This document shows, in pieces, positions 28,854 to 38,861 of a DNA stretch of 64,000 bases. A program made the position numbers and the translations under genes. Within the stretch, counting starts at the first letter, position 1; each line of letters starts with the position of its first letter. Origin of the DNA: an uncultured bacterium (GTDB lineage Bacteria > Babelota > Babeliae > Babelales > Vermiphilaceae); assembly GCA_963707655.1 (NCBI GenBank), contig OY970172.1, forward strand, positions 384,001 to 448,000, written 5' to 3'. Below the pieces are notes generated by a model. The model saw only the letters and a list, made by a program, of their open reading frames with translations, made no database searches and was not told where the DNA came from.

Positions 28854-29846
28854 ATGAGGTGCCTTGTGACCACAGTACACGCAAGACCAATAACTGATTA
28901 TTTAGAGACATGGGGCGGAGTAACGTCCACCGTAGCGCTCGATCCGGCTTGTTCATTATTCCACACTCCCGCTATTGATGGGGTCATTGCGTATCGCGAA
29001 GGACACCACTGCGTAGCAGTAATTGGCGATGTTATGAGCGCACCGCATGATCAACTGCCGTTAGTAGAGGCGTTTAAAAAATTTTGTGACGAGCAAGATA
29101 AAGGGATCGTGTATATCAACATATCAGAACCATTTGCCCATACATTATTTGATAAAAAATATATACACTTTGCTGCTGCGATGGGAAAAGATATTGTACT
29201 CAACCCAGCGATAGACCCTAGGCTAGCGCCCGGGCGTCATGCCTATACTTTGCGTAAAAACCATAATGCTGCCACCCGCCAAGGGTTGACCGTGCATGAA
29301 TACAAAGAGAATGAAATGCATTTGCATGATGAAATGGAACGAGTAAAACTGCTATGGCTCGGCAATCGCAAAGGTCCGCAGGCAACGCTCGCTTCGCAAA
29401 TAGATTTATTCACCTACCGCTCGAACAAACGCCACTTTTATGTATTAAAAGACGATGAGGTCATCGGAGTGTTAATGCTCAACAAGGTTCGCCAAGGATG
29501 GGTTATTTACCTAGCGATGCTCAACCCAACGGCACCGGCCATAACATCTGATATTCTATTTTTACATGCCCTTGATATTTTACGTGAAGAAGGGGCATCT
29601 TTTTTGTCTATGGGTATACCGAGTGCAACTTGTGAACTGATGTTAACGAAAAATAAATTTCACGCATGGATCATAGAACAAAGCTATCCGATTGCCGCAA
29701 AATTTCTCAACTTAAAAAATAAAGAACGTTATTGGGAAAAATTTAACCCGCAAAAAAATCACGTCTTTATAGGAAGCAGCAGAGACAAAATCGGACTAAA
29801 CGAAATAATAACTGTTATGAAAGTTTTTAACAGCACTTTTCAGTAA
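28854..29846 (+). CDS. Stand-alone DUF2156 / aminoacyl-phosphatidylglycerol synthase C-terminal-like (GNAT/FemAB-type) domain protein
   Basis: GVIAY...V.IGD...A, LRKNHN.A.R.GLTV.EY, EGASFLSMG, Y.EKFNP pattern; no membrane domain. Confidence 0.75.
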   Translation: MRCLVTTVHARPITDYLETWGGVTSTVALDPACSLFHTPAIDGVIAYREGHHCVAVIGDVMSAPHDQLPLVEAFKKFCDEQDKGIVYINISEPFAHTLFDKKYIHFAAAMGKDIVLNPAIDPRLAPGRHAYTLRKNHNAATRQGLTVHEYKENEMHLHDEMERVKLLWLGNRKGPQATLASQIDLFTYRSNKRHFYVLKDDEVIGVLMLNKVRQGWVIYLAMLNPTAPAITSDILFLHALDILREEGASFLSMGIPSATCELMLTKNKFHAWIIEQSYPIAAKFLNLKNKERYWEKFNPQKNHVFIGSSRDKIGLNEIITVMKVFNSTFQ

Positions 29847-30188
29847 TTATTTCTGAACATCCGGTACGGTATTATATTCGGCAAAGCGCCATTGCTCACG
29901 GCCATCAATAACTATCGACGAGGCAAACATCTCATAAGGTCTGTCCCAAATAATGGTATCATTTTCAACAGCGTAATAGAGTACGCGTCGCTGCGCATCA
30001 GTAATTTTCGCATAATCATCTATTACGCCGGCTTCTGTATCAACCGCAATAGCAATAACTTTGTAAAGCGCGCCCTTGTAATGTTTATACATTTGACCAA
30101 CCTGAATTGTTCTCATTGTCGTATTACTTTCAGCGAATAATAAAGGTATAGTGCTTATCAAAACAATTAATACTAACGTACGCACCAT
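29847..30188 (-). CDS. DUF1653-domain protein with N-terminal signal/anchor
   Basis: YKHYKGALYKVIAIA..TE...V.Y...WDRPYEMF...RF. Confidence 0.8.
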   Translation of the reverse strand: MVRTLVLIVLISTIPLLFAESNTTMRTIQVGQMYKHYKGALYKVIAIAVDTEAGVIDDYAKITDAQRRVLYYAVENDTIIWDRPYEMFASSIVIDGREQWRFAEYNTVPDVQK

Positions 30189-30491
30189 TACACAATCCCT
30201 ATCTTGTGTAAATTGGCCTGATTGTCTTTTGCTGATGCAGCGCATGAAGACTATATCAATTAATCGCTTTGCGAGCAATTAAAGTTATGCATGCGCCTTG
30301 TTCAATCTTTACATTTCCCCATACTTTTATCATTCGCTTTACAATGCGTTCTCTTTATTATTATTTTTCTATAGTGCCGCAACAAGAGATAACGGTATTA
30401 CACGGCACCGTTAAGGCTTATTGCACTATGATGAGGGGCCGCGCGGTAATAGCGTGGCCCTTTGTCTTTTTGTGCGAGTTGTTTGAAAAAG

Positions 30492-32333
30492 CTAAAAAGA
30501 TAATCCTGATTTCATCCAAACACCACATTGCGAAATAGCAGCGCTTTTGCCGCACATGTCGCGACCGGCCAGCTCAACAAAACCACCAAAGCCCACATAG
30601 GGACTCCAGAAGCATGTTTGTGGCCATGTGTAGCTGCCATGAATAAAAAATTTGTGCGTGAGTGCCTGTTTTTTTTCTTTATCCAAATCAAGATCATTAT
30701 CAGATAAAACTATTGGCTCCAGCGAAATGCGCTGTTGATTGGCTGCAGCAGCAACGAGGCCGGGGGCATAATTAATATAATCAGTAGTATTGGCGATTAC
30801 ATTTGAGGTGACGCCAAACTGCGGATTATCAACGCCGGGATTTTGCATCTGGTTATTTGCGCCGGTGCCAACAAAGCTCGTGCCTATGGGCGTATTGGTT
30901 CCGGCATGAATTGTGGCAGTGCTTTCTGTTGCAGAAAGCGGAATAATGGCGTCTGCACCAATTACTGCATTAGTGGCCCCAAAGCCATAGGTGTACGCGT
31001 CCCCCTTAAGCGCCCATGTACCACTTGCCAGCGCTGTTGAACCAACCATTTTTATTTTATCTTTTGTTTTTATCCAAAAATCATAGCCAAAATCAATTGC
31101 CACACTTTGATGATGCGTGGTGTAGGTAAGCATTGCAGCAATATCTGCCTGGACATCATTACTCACCTTCAAGCAGGCGCTGGTGAGATTGGCAAGGGGT
31201 GTGTATACGTTTTGAAATTGCGCGTTTGGTTGCGTGCTGCTGGCCGTGGGGCCACCACTTGTGTCGCTCCCATTGCCAAATAAGAATGGGCCAACGGGCG
31301 GATTAATTTTTTGCGCGAGCATATATTTGCTTGAGCAGCTATTTTTTATATCCAAGGTACGCTGCTGCCCCGCGGAAAACATGTGGGTAACAATCGCATC
31401 AAGAGAAAAAATCCATGAATTATAATCATCGCACCCATGCCAAAATGCGTAGCGTGAGGTAAAGTAGCCGCCCAGCTCCCAATGATGGCCATTGCCCACG
31501 ATTGGTTGAAAAATAAATTCATCCTTTACGCGTGAGCCGGTTGGCGCAACAACAACTGCTCCCAGACCAACATGATAATCAGCTCGGTTCAAAAAATTCC
31601 AACCGAAGATGGTGTAAATATCGCTTAATTGTGTGGTATTTATAGTTTGGTTTGATGGCAAAGAAAATTTGCTTTTGTCCAACGGCTCAAAGACTACACC
31701 ATCGGCAACATCCAGCGTTGGCACTTTTTCAAAGCCAATGAATTGTCTAAAATTGGTAAGCAGCGCGCTACGCATAACTTCTACCGGCGCAAAATAACCG
31801 GCGGCATAATTATTGGTGCCGGGATTTATTATAGTTTCAATGCAATGCAAGGCGCTGTGAGAATGTACTATGGGCACCTGAATCCATAAAAATAGATTTG
31901 GGCAGAGACAATCAAAGCCAATATAAAAATTGAGATCAAATATAAAAGAGCTCAATTTTGGTTTTATAGAAACAGTGCTTTGATAATCGGTAGGCAAACC
32001 AAAATAATCGGCGAGCCAATCATGCGGACTACGCGCGCCACTTTGGCTACCAGAAATACCAATTGTGCTTGTTGAGCCACACGTGTTATCCAAACAATCG
32101 GCACCAAAAAGAGAATTCGCGATTGCCTGGTTACGCAACGAGTGGTCGTACTGAGGGATAATGGCCAATGTGCCATATTTACTTTCATCTCGCGCAAGAT
32201 GTATCTGGTTGGTCCAGCCGACCATAAAGCGCGGCAGGTCAAGAGATTGCGAGCGCGTGTTGACAAGAGACAAGAGTGTATGCGATATCGTTAAGCAGCT
32301 GGCGACAAGAAGAATAATGTTTTTTCTATTCAT
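30492..32333 (-). CDS. Secreted Cys-rich putative outer-membrane protein, paralog 1 (most divergent)
   Basis: Signal peptide; family motifs RSQS, LADYFGLPTDYQSTV, GNGHHWELG, ALKGDA; ends SGLSF. Confidence 0.85.
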   Translation of the reverse strand: MNRKNIILLVASCLTISHTLLSLVNTRSQSLDLPRFMVGWTNQIHLARDESKYGTLAIIPQYDHSLRNQAIANSLFGADCLDNTCGSTSTIGISGSQSGARSPHDWLADYFGLPTDYQSTVSIKPKLSSFIFDLNFYIGFDCLCPNLFLWIQVPIVHSHSALHCIETIINPGTNNYAAGYFAPVEVMRSALLTNFRQFIGFEKVPTLDVADGVVFEPLDKSKFSLPSNQTINTTQLSDIYTIFGWNFLNRADYHVGLGAVVVAPTGSRVKDEFIFQPIVGNGHHWELGGYFTSRYAFWHGCDDYNSWIFSLDAIVTHMFSAGQQRTLDIKNSCSSKYMLAQKINPPVGPFLFGNGSDTSGGPTASSTQPNAQFQNVYTPLANLTSACLKVSNDVQADIAAMLTYTTHHQSVAIDFGYDFWIKTKDKIKMVGSTALASGTWALKGDAYTYGFGATNAVIGADAIIPLSATESTATIHAGTNTPIGTSFVGTGANNQMQNPGVDNPQFGVTSNVIANTTDYINYAPGLVAAAANQQRISLEPIVLSDNDLDLDKEKKQALTHKFFIHGSYTWPQTCFWSPYVGFGGFVELAGRDMCGKSAAISQCGVWMKSGLSF

Positions 32334-32391
32334 TTTTCATATTCCTTTCTTTTTTCCAACAGCTTAACACTCGCGTAGTGATGAGCACAAC

Positions 32392-32424
32392 AAAAAAGGC
32401 CCGGAAGAATTCCGAGCCCTTTTT
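32392..32424 (-). terminator. Intrinsic terminator after paralog 2
   Basis: ggcccggaa/ttccgagcc stem flanked by A/T runs. Confidence 0.7.
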
Positions 32425-32449
32425 GCTGTGTTCTATTACTATGTATTAC

Positions 32450-34438
32450 TTAGAAAGAGAAACCGCCTTTAAGCCAAATACCCCATTCAGATATATTGGT
32501 GCGGATCGCTTTATTGTCGGCGCAAACGAAGCTGCCACAGCCGCTATTTGAATTAATGGTTGAGCATCCTGAAGTATTTGAACACGGCGCTATATTGCAG
32601 CATTCTTTATTGCTTGCAAACTCAGCCTTGCCACCAATACCAAGGTAAGGAATGTAACATTCGCAATCTTCCCATGTATAACTTACATGAGTGAATACTT
32701 TGTTTGATAATCCCTTAGCCCGCGCGCCAACAAGATCAATATCATTATCTGCCAAGAAGATTGGCTGTATTGATGTCTCTGTTTGGTTCGCCACGGTAGC
32801 ACCGGCGGTTACGTTTACTAATGGATTATTGGCGGTAAATGGGGCCGCTGCGTCACCATAAGCGTAAAGCGCCGAATCAATGCCAGTATTGACTGCTGGG
32901 AACGGGGTAAATGTTCCTACTGGATAGTTACTGCCGGAGCAGATGGTTGCATTGTTGTTGGTTGCAGATAAAGCTATTGGATCATAAGTATTTACCGGAT
33001 CAAAGCCATACACATACGCATCACCTTTGAGCGCATAAGTCGTGTTGCCTGAGAACAATGAAGTGCTGGTGCATGATTTGAACTTTTCAGCGCTGGTCAT
33101 CCAGAAGTTGTACCCAAGATCCCACGTAAAATTGCAATGGGTATAGTTAAACATAGCAGTCAGGTCAACCTGAATATCTTGTTTCACTTTTACATTCTGC
33201 GCTGCAATATTGGCAACAGGCGTGAATATGTTGTCAAACTGATAGTTTGCCGCGAAGTATCCTCCCGTAGGAACAGTTGCCGGGAATGGTGTCCCTGCTG
33301 GCGCTGGATTTCCTTCCAAGTGATCTACCACGGTGCTTGTCAAATTTTCAGCAAGCATATATTTGCTGTTGTCCCCACGAGCACACAGATCAAACACACG
33401 GAACTGGCATGCTGCAAATAAATGAGTGAGATCAACATCTAAATAAAAGCCGAGGCTTTTTTCATAGTCGCAATCTGTCCAGAATGTGTAGTGAGAGGTA
33501 AATTTGCCACCAAATTCCCAGTGATGCCCATTGCCCACCATTGGTTGAAAGAGCAACCGGTCATTCACTCTGTTGCCCGTTGGCGCTGCAACGAGAAGGC
33601 CCAAGCCAACATGGTAGTCTTCATCTTCCGCAAAGTTCCAGCCCAATGCAAAACGTATGTCTGAAAGGCGCGTTGTATGTGATCCGCTATTACATGATTT
33701 TGAACAATTACCATTGCTGGTACCGGTGATTACCTTGCCGGAAGGAATTTTTGCATTTGCCAATGGTTGGAACGTAACCCCACCGTTTAAGATAGGAACA
33801 TTGCCTTGCAAGTATGATACAAAGCTGGTGTTCAAACTGGTATACGGTACTACAGCAGGACTGAAATAACCTGCCGGATAGTTACCGGCAGCGCTACCGG
33901 GGCTTGCTGCTACTTCATTCATGCGCAATTTCCATTTTGCATACACAACCGGCGCATGAATGCGGAACCACAATCCTTCAAGATAATCATCAAGGCCAAG
34001 GAACAAGTCGAAATCAACCAAAAAGTTTTGAATTTCCGGTTTAACATATACGGTTGATTGGTAATCAAGAGGCAAGCCAAAATAATCAGCTAACAAGTCA
34101 CCTGCCTGGCGATTGGGAGATTGACTGCCCGAAACTCTAAACGAAGCCCCATTGTTATTGTTGCAATTATTATTGATAGTCGTAGCAGCATTGTTAATGG
34201 CACTGCCAAATAATGAACGCGCTATCTGGCGCCCATGAAAAGATTGTGTGTATTCTGGGGTGACGGCGAATGATCCATAAAAGCAGCCGACATCATATAA
34301 GTTAACATGATCGGTCCATCCAGCCAACTCACGTGCGGTATCAACACTTTGCGAACGGATTCTAACATCGGCTGCAGTAGCACATCCCATGACACTCAGC
34401 AGCATGCCAAGACCTATATATGAAAACAGTTGCTTCAT
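32450..34438 (-). CDS. Secreted Cys-rich putative OMP, paralog 2
   Basis: Same motif set; ends WGIWLKGGFSF; AAGGAG 8 nt before ATG 34438. Confidence 0.9.
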   Translation of the reverse strand: MKQLFSYIGLGMLLSVMGCATAADVRIRSQSVDTARELAGWTDHVNLYDVGCFYGSFAVTPEYTQSFHGRQIARSLFGSAINNAATTINNNCNNNNGASFRVSGSQSPNRQAGDLLADYFGLPLDYQSTVYVKPEIQNFLVDFDLFLGLDDYLEGLWFRIHAPVVYAKWKLRMNEVAASPGSAAGNYPAGYFSPAVVPYTSLNTSFVSYLQGNVPILNGGVTFQPLANAKIPSGKVITGTSNGNCSKSCNSGSHTTRLSDIRFALGWNFAEDEDYHVGLGLLVAAPTGNRVNDRLLFQPMVGNGHHWEFGGKFTSHYTFWTDCDYEKSLGFYLDVDLTHLFAACQFRVFDLCARGDNSKYMLAENLTSTVVDHLEGNPAPAGTPFPATVPTGGYFAANYQFDNIFTPVANIAAQNVKVKQDIQVDLTAMFNYTHCNFTWDLGYNFWMTSAEKFKSCTSTSLFSGNTTYALKGDAYVYGFDPVNTYDPIALSATNNNATICSGSNYPVGTFTPFPAVNTGIDSALYAYGDAAAPFTANNPLVNVTAGATVANQTETSIQPIFLADNDIDLVGARAKGLSNKVFTHVSYTWEDCECYIPYLGIGGKAEFASNKECCNIAPCSNTSGCSTINSNSGCGSFVCADNKAIRTNISEWGIWLKGGFSF

Positions 34439-34581
34439 AATAACCACTCCTTAAATGTATTTTGGCGTTCATTAACACAAAAAATGCTAGCATAATCGCG
34501 TGATGCTGCGCAATGCATAGCTCATTTTCTCTTACAAAAATAAGCCATGCATTGCATTTTTTACCTGTTATTCAACAGAGA

Positions 34582-36525
34582 TTAATTAAAAGAAACCCCT
34601 CCTTTGAGCCAAATACCCCATTCGGAGATATTGGTTTTTCTGCAGCCGCTGTCACCACAAGAGCTGCACGAAGAGTTATTTACACCGCAACCGGCACTGT
34701 TTGCACACGGCATAACATCATCACCGCAGCCTTTTTTATTGCTGACAAATTCAGCTTTGCCGCCAATACCCAGGTAAGGCACGTAGCATTCACCGTCTTC
34801 CCATGTGTAGCTTATATGGGTAAATATTTTGTTAGATTGTCCCTGTGCACGTGCACCCGCGTAATCAATATTCTCATTGGCCAGGAACACTGATTGTATT
34901 GAAGTGCTGGTTTGAAGAGAACCTGCAGTTGCGGGGGCTTCGTTATATAATAAAGACAGAAAAGTGGAGAATGCCAATTGCGCATTGTCTATATTTGCGT
35001 TCGCTGTTGGGAAAGGGGTAAAAGTTCCTACCGGATAGTTGGTTCCCGAACAGATAGTGGCCATACTTTCTGTTGCACCAAGAGCAACAAGAGTAATAGG
35101 GGTACCACCATCAAATCCGTAGACCGCCGCATCCCCTTTGAGTGCATAGGTGTGATTGCCGCGGAACAATGGCACATTGTTGCCACATGGGGTAATTCGT
35201 TCACAGCTGGTCATCCAGAAATTGTAACCAAGATCCCAGGCAAAACCGCAGTGTGTATAGTTTAACATTGCCGTAAGATCAACTTGAATATCTTGGCTCA
35301 CTTTTACATTTTGTGCCGCAATGTTTGCAACCGGGGTAAATATGCCATCGAATTGATATGTCGACGCAACCACTGGCGCAGGATCTCCACCAAAAAGATT
35401 TCCCGCCGACGTTGTCAATGATTCGGCAAGCATATATTTACTATTGTCACCGGCGCTGCATAGATCGAACACACGGAACTGTTTTGCTTTCAACAAGGTG
35501 GTTACATCTGCATCAACATAGATGCCCCAGCTCTTGTCGTAATCGCAGCTTCTCCAGAATGTGTAGTGTGAAGTAAACTTCGCACCCAACTCCCAGTGAT
35601 GCCCATTACCAACTATTGGTTGGAAAAGATAGGTGTCATTCACTTTATTACCGGTCGGCGCTGCAACAAGAAGACCTACGCCAATATGGTAATCTTCATC
35701 TTGCCAAAAGTTCCAGCCCAAAGCGGCACGGATATCGGAAAGTTTGGTTGTATGTGCGCCGTTATTGCATGATTTTTCACAACAGCCATTTGCAGCGACA
35801 TCAGTATTTATGGTACCACCACATAATTTACCATATTTCAACGGTGCAAACGTAACGCCACCGTTTAACGTTGGCACATTGCCTTGCAGATATGAAACGA
35901 AGCTGGTATTTAAGTCAGTATTTAAAACTATATCAGGAGCAAAATAACCTCCCGGATAGCTACCGCCAGCAGAAGTTCCCGCATCTGCTATTTCTTCATT
36001 CATGCATAATTTCCATTTTGCATAGACAACCGGTGCATGAATCCGGAACCAGAGTCCACACAGCCAATGATCCAAGCCGACAAAATAATCAAAATCAACC
36101 AAGAAGTTTTGGATTTTTGGTTTTACGTATACGGTCGATTGAAAATCAAGGGGCAAACCAAAATAGTCGGCCAGCAAATCACCGGCCATGCGATTTGTTG
36201 ATCGACTGCCCGAAACTCTAAATGAAGCACCGTTCTCATCATTGTTGCAACTGTCGTTACAATCATTATTTGAAGTGTTTATAATAGCACTGCCAAATAA
36301 TGAACGCGCTATCTGGCGACCATTAAAAGATTGTGTATATTCAGGGGTAATCGCAAATGTTCCATACATGCAATTCATATCAAACAAATTCACGTGATTG
36401 GTCCAGCCCGCCAACTCACGTGCCGTATCAACACTTTGCGAACGGATTCTTATATCGGCTGCAGTAGTGCACCCCATGACACTCAGCAGCACGCCAAGAC
36501 CTATATATGAAAACAGTTGCTTCAT
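34582..36525 (-). CDS. Secreted Cys-rich putative OMP, paralog 3 (chimeric)
   Basis: Signal peptide like paralog 2, body like paralog 4; ends GGVSFN. Confidence 0.9.
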   Translation of the reverse strand: MKQLFSYIGLGVLLSVMGCTTAADIRIRSQSVDTARELAGWTNHVNLFDMNCMYGTFAITPEYTQSFNGRQIARSLFGSAIINTSNNDCNDSCNNDENGASFRVSGSRSTNRMAGDLLADYFGLPLDFQSTVYVKPKIQNFLVDFDYFVGLDHWLCGLWFRIHAPVVYAKWKLCMNEEIADAGTSAGGSYPGGYFAPDIVLNTDLNTSFVSYLQGNVPTLNGGVTFAPLKYGKLCGGTINTDVAANGCCEKSCNNGAHTTKLSDIRAALGWNFWQDEDYHIGVGLLVAAPTGNKVNDTYLFQPIVGNGHHWELGAKFTSHYTFWRSCDYDKSWGIYVDADVTTLLKAKQFRVFDLCSAGDNSKYMLAESLTTSAGNLFGGDPAPVVASTYQFDGIFTPVANIAAQNVKVSQDIQVDLTAMLNYTHCGFAWDLGYNFWMTSCERITPCGNNVPLFRGNHTYALKGDAAVYGFDGGTPITLVALGATESMATICSGTNYPVGTFTPFPTANANIDNAQLAFSTFLSLLYNEAPATAGSLQTSTSIQSVFLANENIDYAGARAQGQSNKIFTHISYTWEDGECYVPYLGIGGKAEFVSNKKGCGDDVMPCANSAGCGVNNSSCSSCGDSGCRKTNISEWGIWLKGGVSFN

Positions 36526-36668
36526 AATAACCACTCCTTAAATTTGTTTCGGCATTCATTAACACAAAAAATGCTAACACAACCATTCGACAATACACAA
36601 TGCACCACTTGTCTCCCATTACAGAAACAAGTGGTGCATTGCATTTTTTACCTGTTATTTAACAGAGA

Positions 36669-38612
36669 TTAATTAAAGGAAACCCCTCCTTTGAGCCAGA
36701 TACCCCACTCGGAGATATTGGTTTTTCTGCAGCCGCTGTCACCACAAGAACTGCAGGAAGAGTTATTTAGACTACAGCCTGCACTGTTTGCACACGGCAT
36801 AACATCGTCATCGCCGCAGCCTTTTTTATTGTTGGCAAATTCAGCTTTGCCGCCCACGCCAAAGTATGGCACGTAACATTCACGGTCTTCCCATGTGTAG
36901 CTTATATGGGTAAATATTTTGTTAGACAGACCCTGTGCGCGCGCACCCGCGTAATCGATATTGTCATTGGCCAAGAATACTGATTGTATTGAAGTGCTGG
37001 TTTGAACAGCGCCGCCGGGTACGGTGAATAACTCTGGCCCGGTAGGTGAAAAGTCCCCCAAAGCCGCGTTGTCTATATTTGTATTCGCTGTTGGGAAAGG
37101 GGTAAAAGTTCCTACCGGATAGTTGGTGCCTGAACAAATAGTGGCCATGCTTTCAGTTGCACCAAGAGCAACCGGAACAGTGACCCCAAATCCATAGACC
37201 GCTGCATCACCTTTAAGTGCATAAACATGATTGCCTTGGAACAATGGCACATTATTACCGCATGGGGTAATTCTTTCACAGCTGGTCATCCAGAAATTGT
37301 AACCGAAATCCCAAGCAAAGCCGCAGTTGGTGTAATTTAACATCGCCGTAAGATCAACTTGAATATCTTGACTCACTTTTACCTGTTGTGCCGCAATGTT
37401 TGCAACCGGGGTAAATATGCCATCGAATTGATATGTTGAGGCTACGGGGCCCGCACCTGTTGCACCATAAAGGTCCACTGATGGAGTTTTCAATGATTCG
37501 GCAAGCATATATTTGCTGTTGTCGCCGGCGCTGCATAGATCAAACACGCGGAACTGTTTTGCTTTCAACAAAGTGGTTACATCTGCATCAACATAGATGC
37601 CCCAGCTCTTGTCGTAATCGCAGCTTCTCCAGAATGTGTAGTGTGAAGTAAACTTCGCACCCAACTCCCAGTGATGACCGTTACCAACGAATGGTTGGAA
37701 AAGATAGGTGTCATTCACTTTATTGCCGGTTGGCGCTGCAACGAGAAGACCCACGCCAATATGGTAATCTTCATCTTGCCAAAAGTTCCAGCCCAAGGCG
37801 GCACGAATATCAGAAAGTTTGGTTGTATGTGCGCCGTTATTGCACGATTTTTCACAGCAGCCATTTGAAGCGACATCAGTATTTATGGTACCGCCACACA
37901 ATTTGCCATATTTTAATGGCTCAAACGTAACGCCACCGTTTAACGTTGGCACATTGCCTTGCAGATATGAAACGAAGCTAGTGTTTAAGTCCGTATTTGC
38001 CACTGCAGCAGGAGCAAAATAACCGGCCGGATAGCTACCACCAAGAGTAGTGCCCGCGTCTGCTATTTCTTCATTCAAGCATAATTTCCATTTTGCATAG
38101 ACAACCGGCGCATGAATCCGGAACCAGAGTCCGCACAGCCATTGATCAAGGCCAATAAAGAAATCAAAATCAACCAAGAAGTTTTGGATTTTTGGTTTTA
38201 CGTATACGGTTGATTGGTAATCAAGCGGCAAACCAAAATAGTCGGCCAGCAAATCACCGGCTTGACGATTGAGGTTTTGACTACCTGATATTCTAAATGA
38301 AGCACCGTTCTTATCATTGTTGCAGTTATCGTTACAATCATTATTTGAAGTGTTGATAATGGCGCTGCCAAATAATGAACGCGCTATCTGGCGACCATTA
38401 AAAGATTGTGTATATTCAGGGGTAATCGCAAATGTTCCATACATGCAATTCATTTCAAATAAATTCACCTGATTGCTCCAGCCCGCCAACTCACGTGCCG
38501 TATCAACACTTTGCGAGCGTATTCTTATATCGGTGGTTGTGGCTGTGCCAACAAACCCGACTGTGCTGCAAAGAGCAATAAGACTCAGATATTTTTTTAG
38601 CGCTTGTTTCAT
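36669..38612 (-). CDS. Secreted Cys-rich putative OMP, paralog 4
   Basis: Same motif set; AAGGAG RBS. Confidence 0.9.
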   Translation of the reverse strand: MKQALKKYLSLIALCSTVGFVGTATTTDIRIRSQSVDTARELAGWSNQVNLFEMNCMYGTFAITPEYTQSFNGRQIARSLFGSAIINTSNNDCNDNCNNDKNGASFRISGSQNLNRQAGDLLADYFGLPLDYQSTVYVKPKIQNFLVDFDFFIGLDQWLCGLWFRIHAPVVYAKWKLCLNEEIADAGTTLGGSYPAGYFAPAAVANTDLNTSFVSYLQGNVPTLNGGVTFEPLKYGKLCGGTINTDVASNGCCEKSCNNGAHTTKLSDIRAALGWNFWQDEDYHIGVGLLVAAPTGNKVNDTYLFQPFVGNGHHWELGAKFTSHYTFWRSCDYDKSWGIYVDADVTTLLKAKQFRVFDLCSAGDNSKYMLAESLKTPSVDLYGATGAGPVASTYQFDGIFTPVANIAAQQVKVSQDIQVDLTAMLNYTNCGFAWDFGYNFWMTSCERITPCGNNVPLFQGNHVYALKGDAAVYGFGVTVPVALGATESMATICSGTNYPVGTFTPFPTANTNIDNAALGDFSPTGPELFTVPGGAVQTSTSIQSVFLANDNIDYAGARAQGLSNKIFTHISYTWEDRECYVPYFGVGGKAEFANNKKGCGDDDVMPCANSAGCSLNNSSCSSCGDSGCRKTNISEWGIWLKGGVSFN

Positions 38613-38787
38613 AATAGCTACTCCTTGTTATCGTTTTTTATTATGCATTATTATATATGCTTTCATTCTCCATCATGTGCGATTTAATTATTTTTTTATC
38701 AGTAAATCTCCTTTTATTATCGGCACAGCTCATCACTTTGATTGATATAAAAAGCATCCTACCATAGCAACAATTAAAGAAACAACA

Positions 38788-38817
38788 AAAAAAAGACCCG
38801 GATATTTTTCCGGGTCC
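38788..38817 (-). terminator. Intrinsic terminator after paralog 5
   Basis: gacccgga/tccgggtc stem with a T-run on the minus strand. Confidence 0.8.
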
Positions 38818-38861
38818 TCTACATTGGTTCTGTCATGCAATTATCGATGCGCTCATTATTA

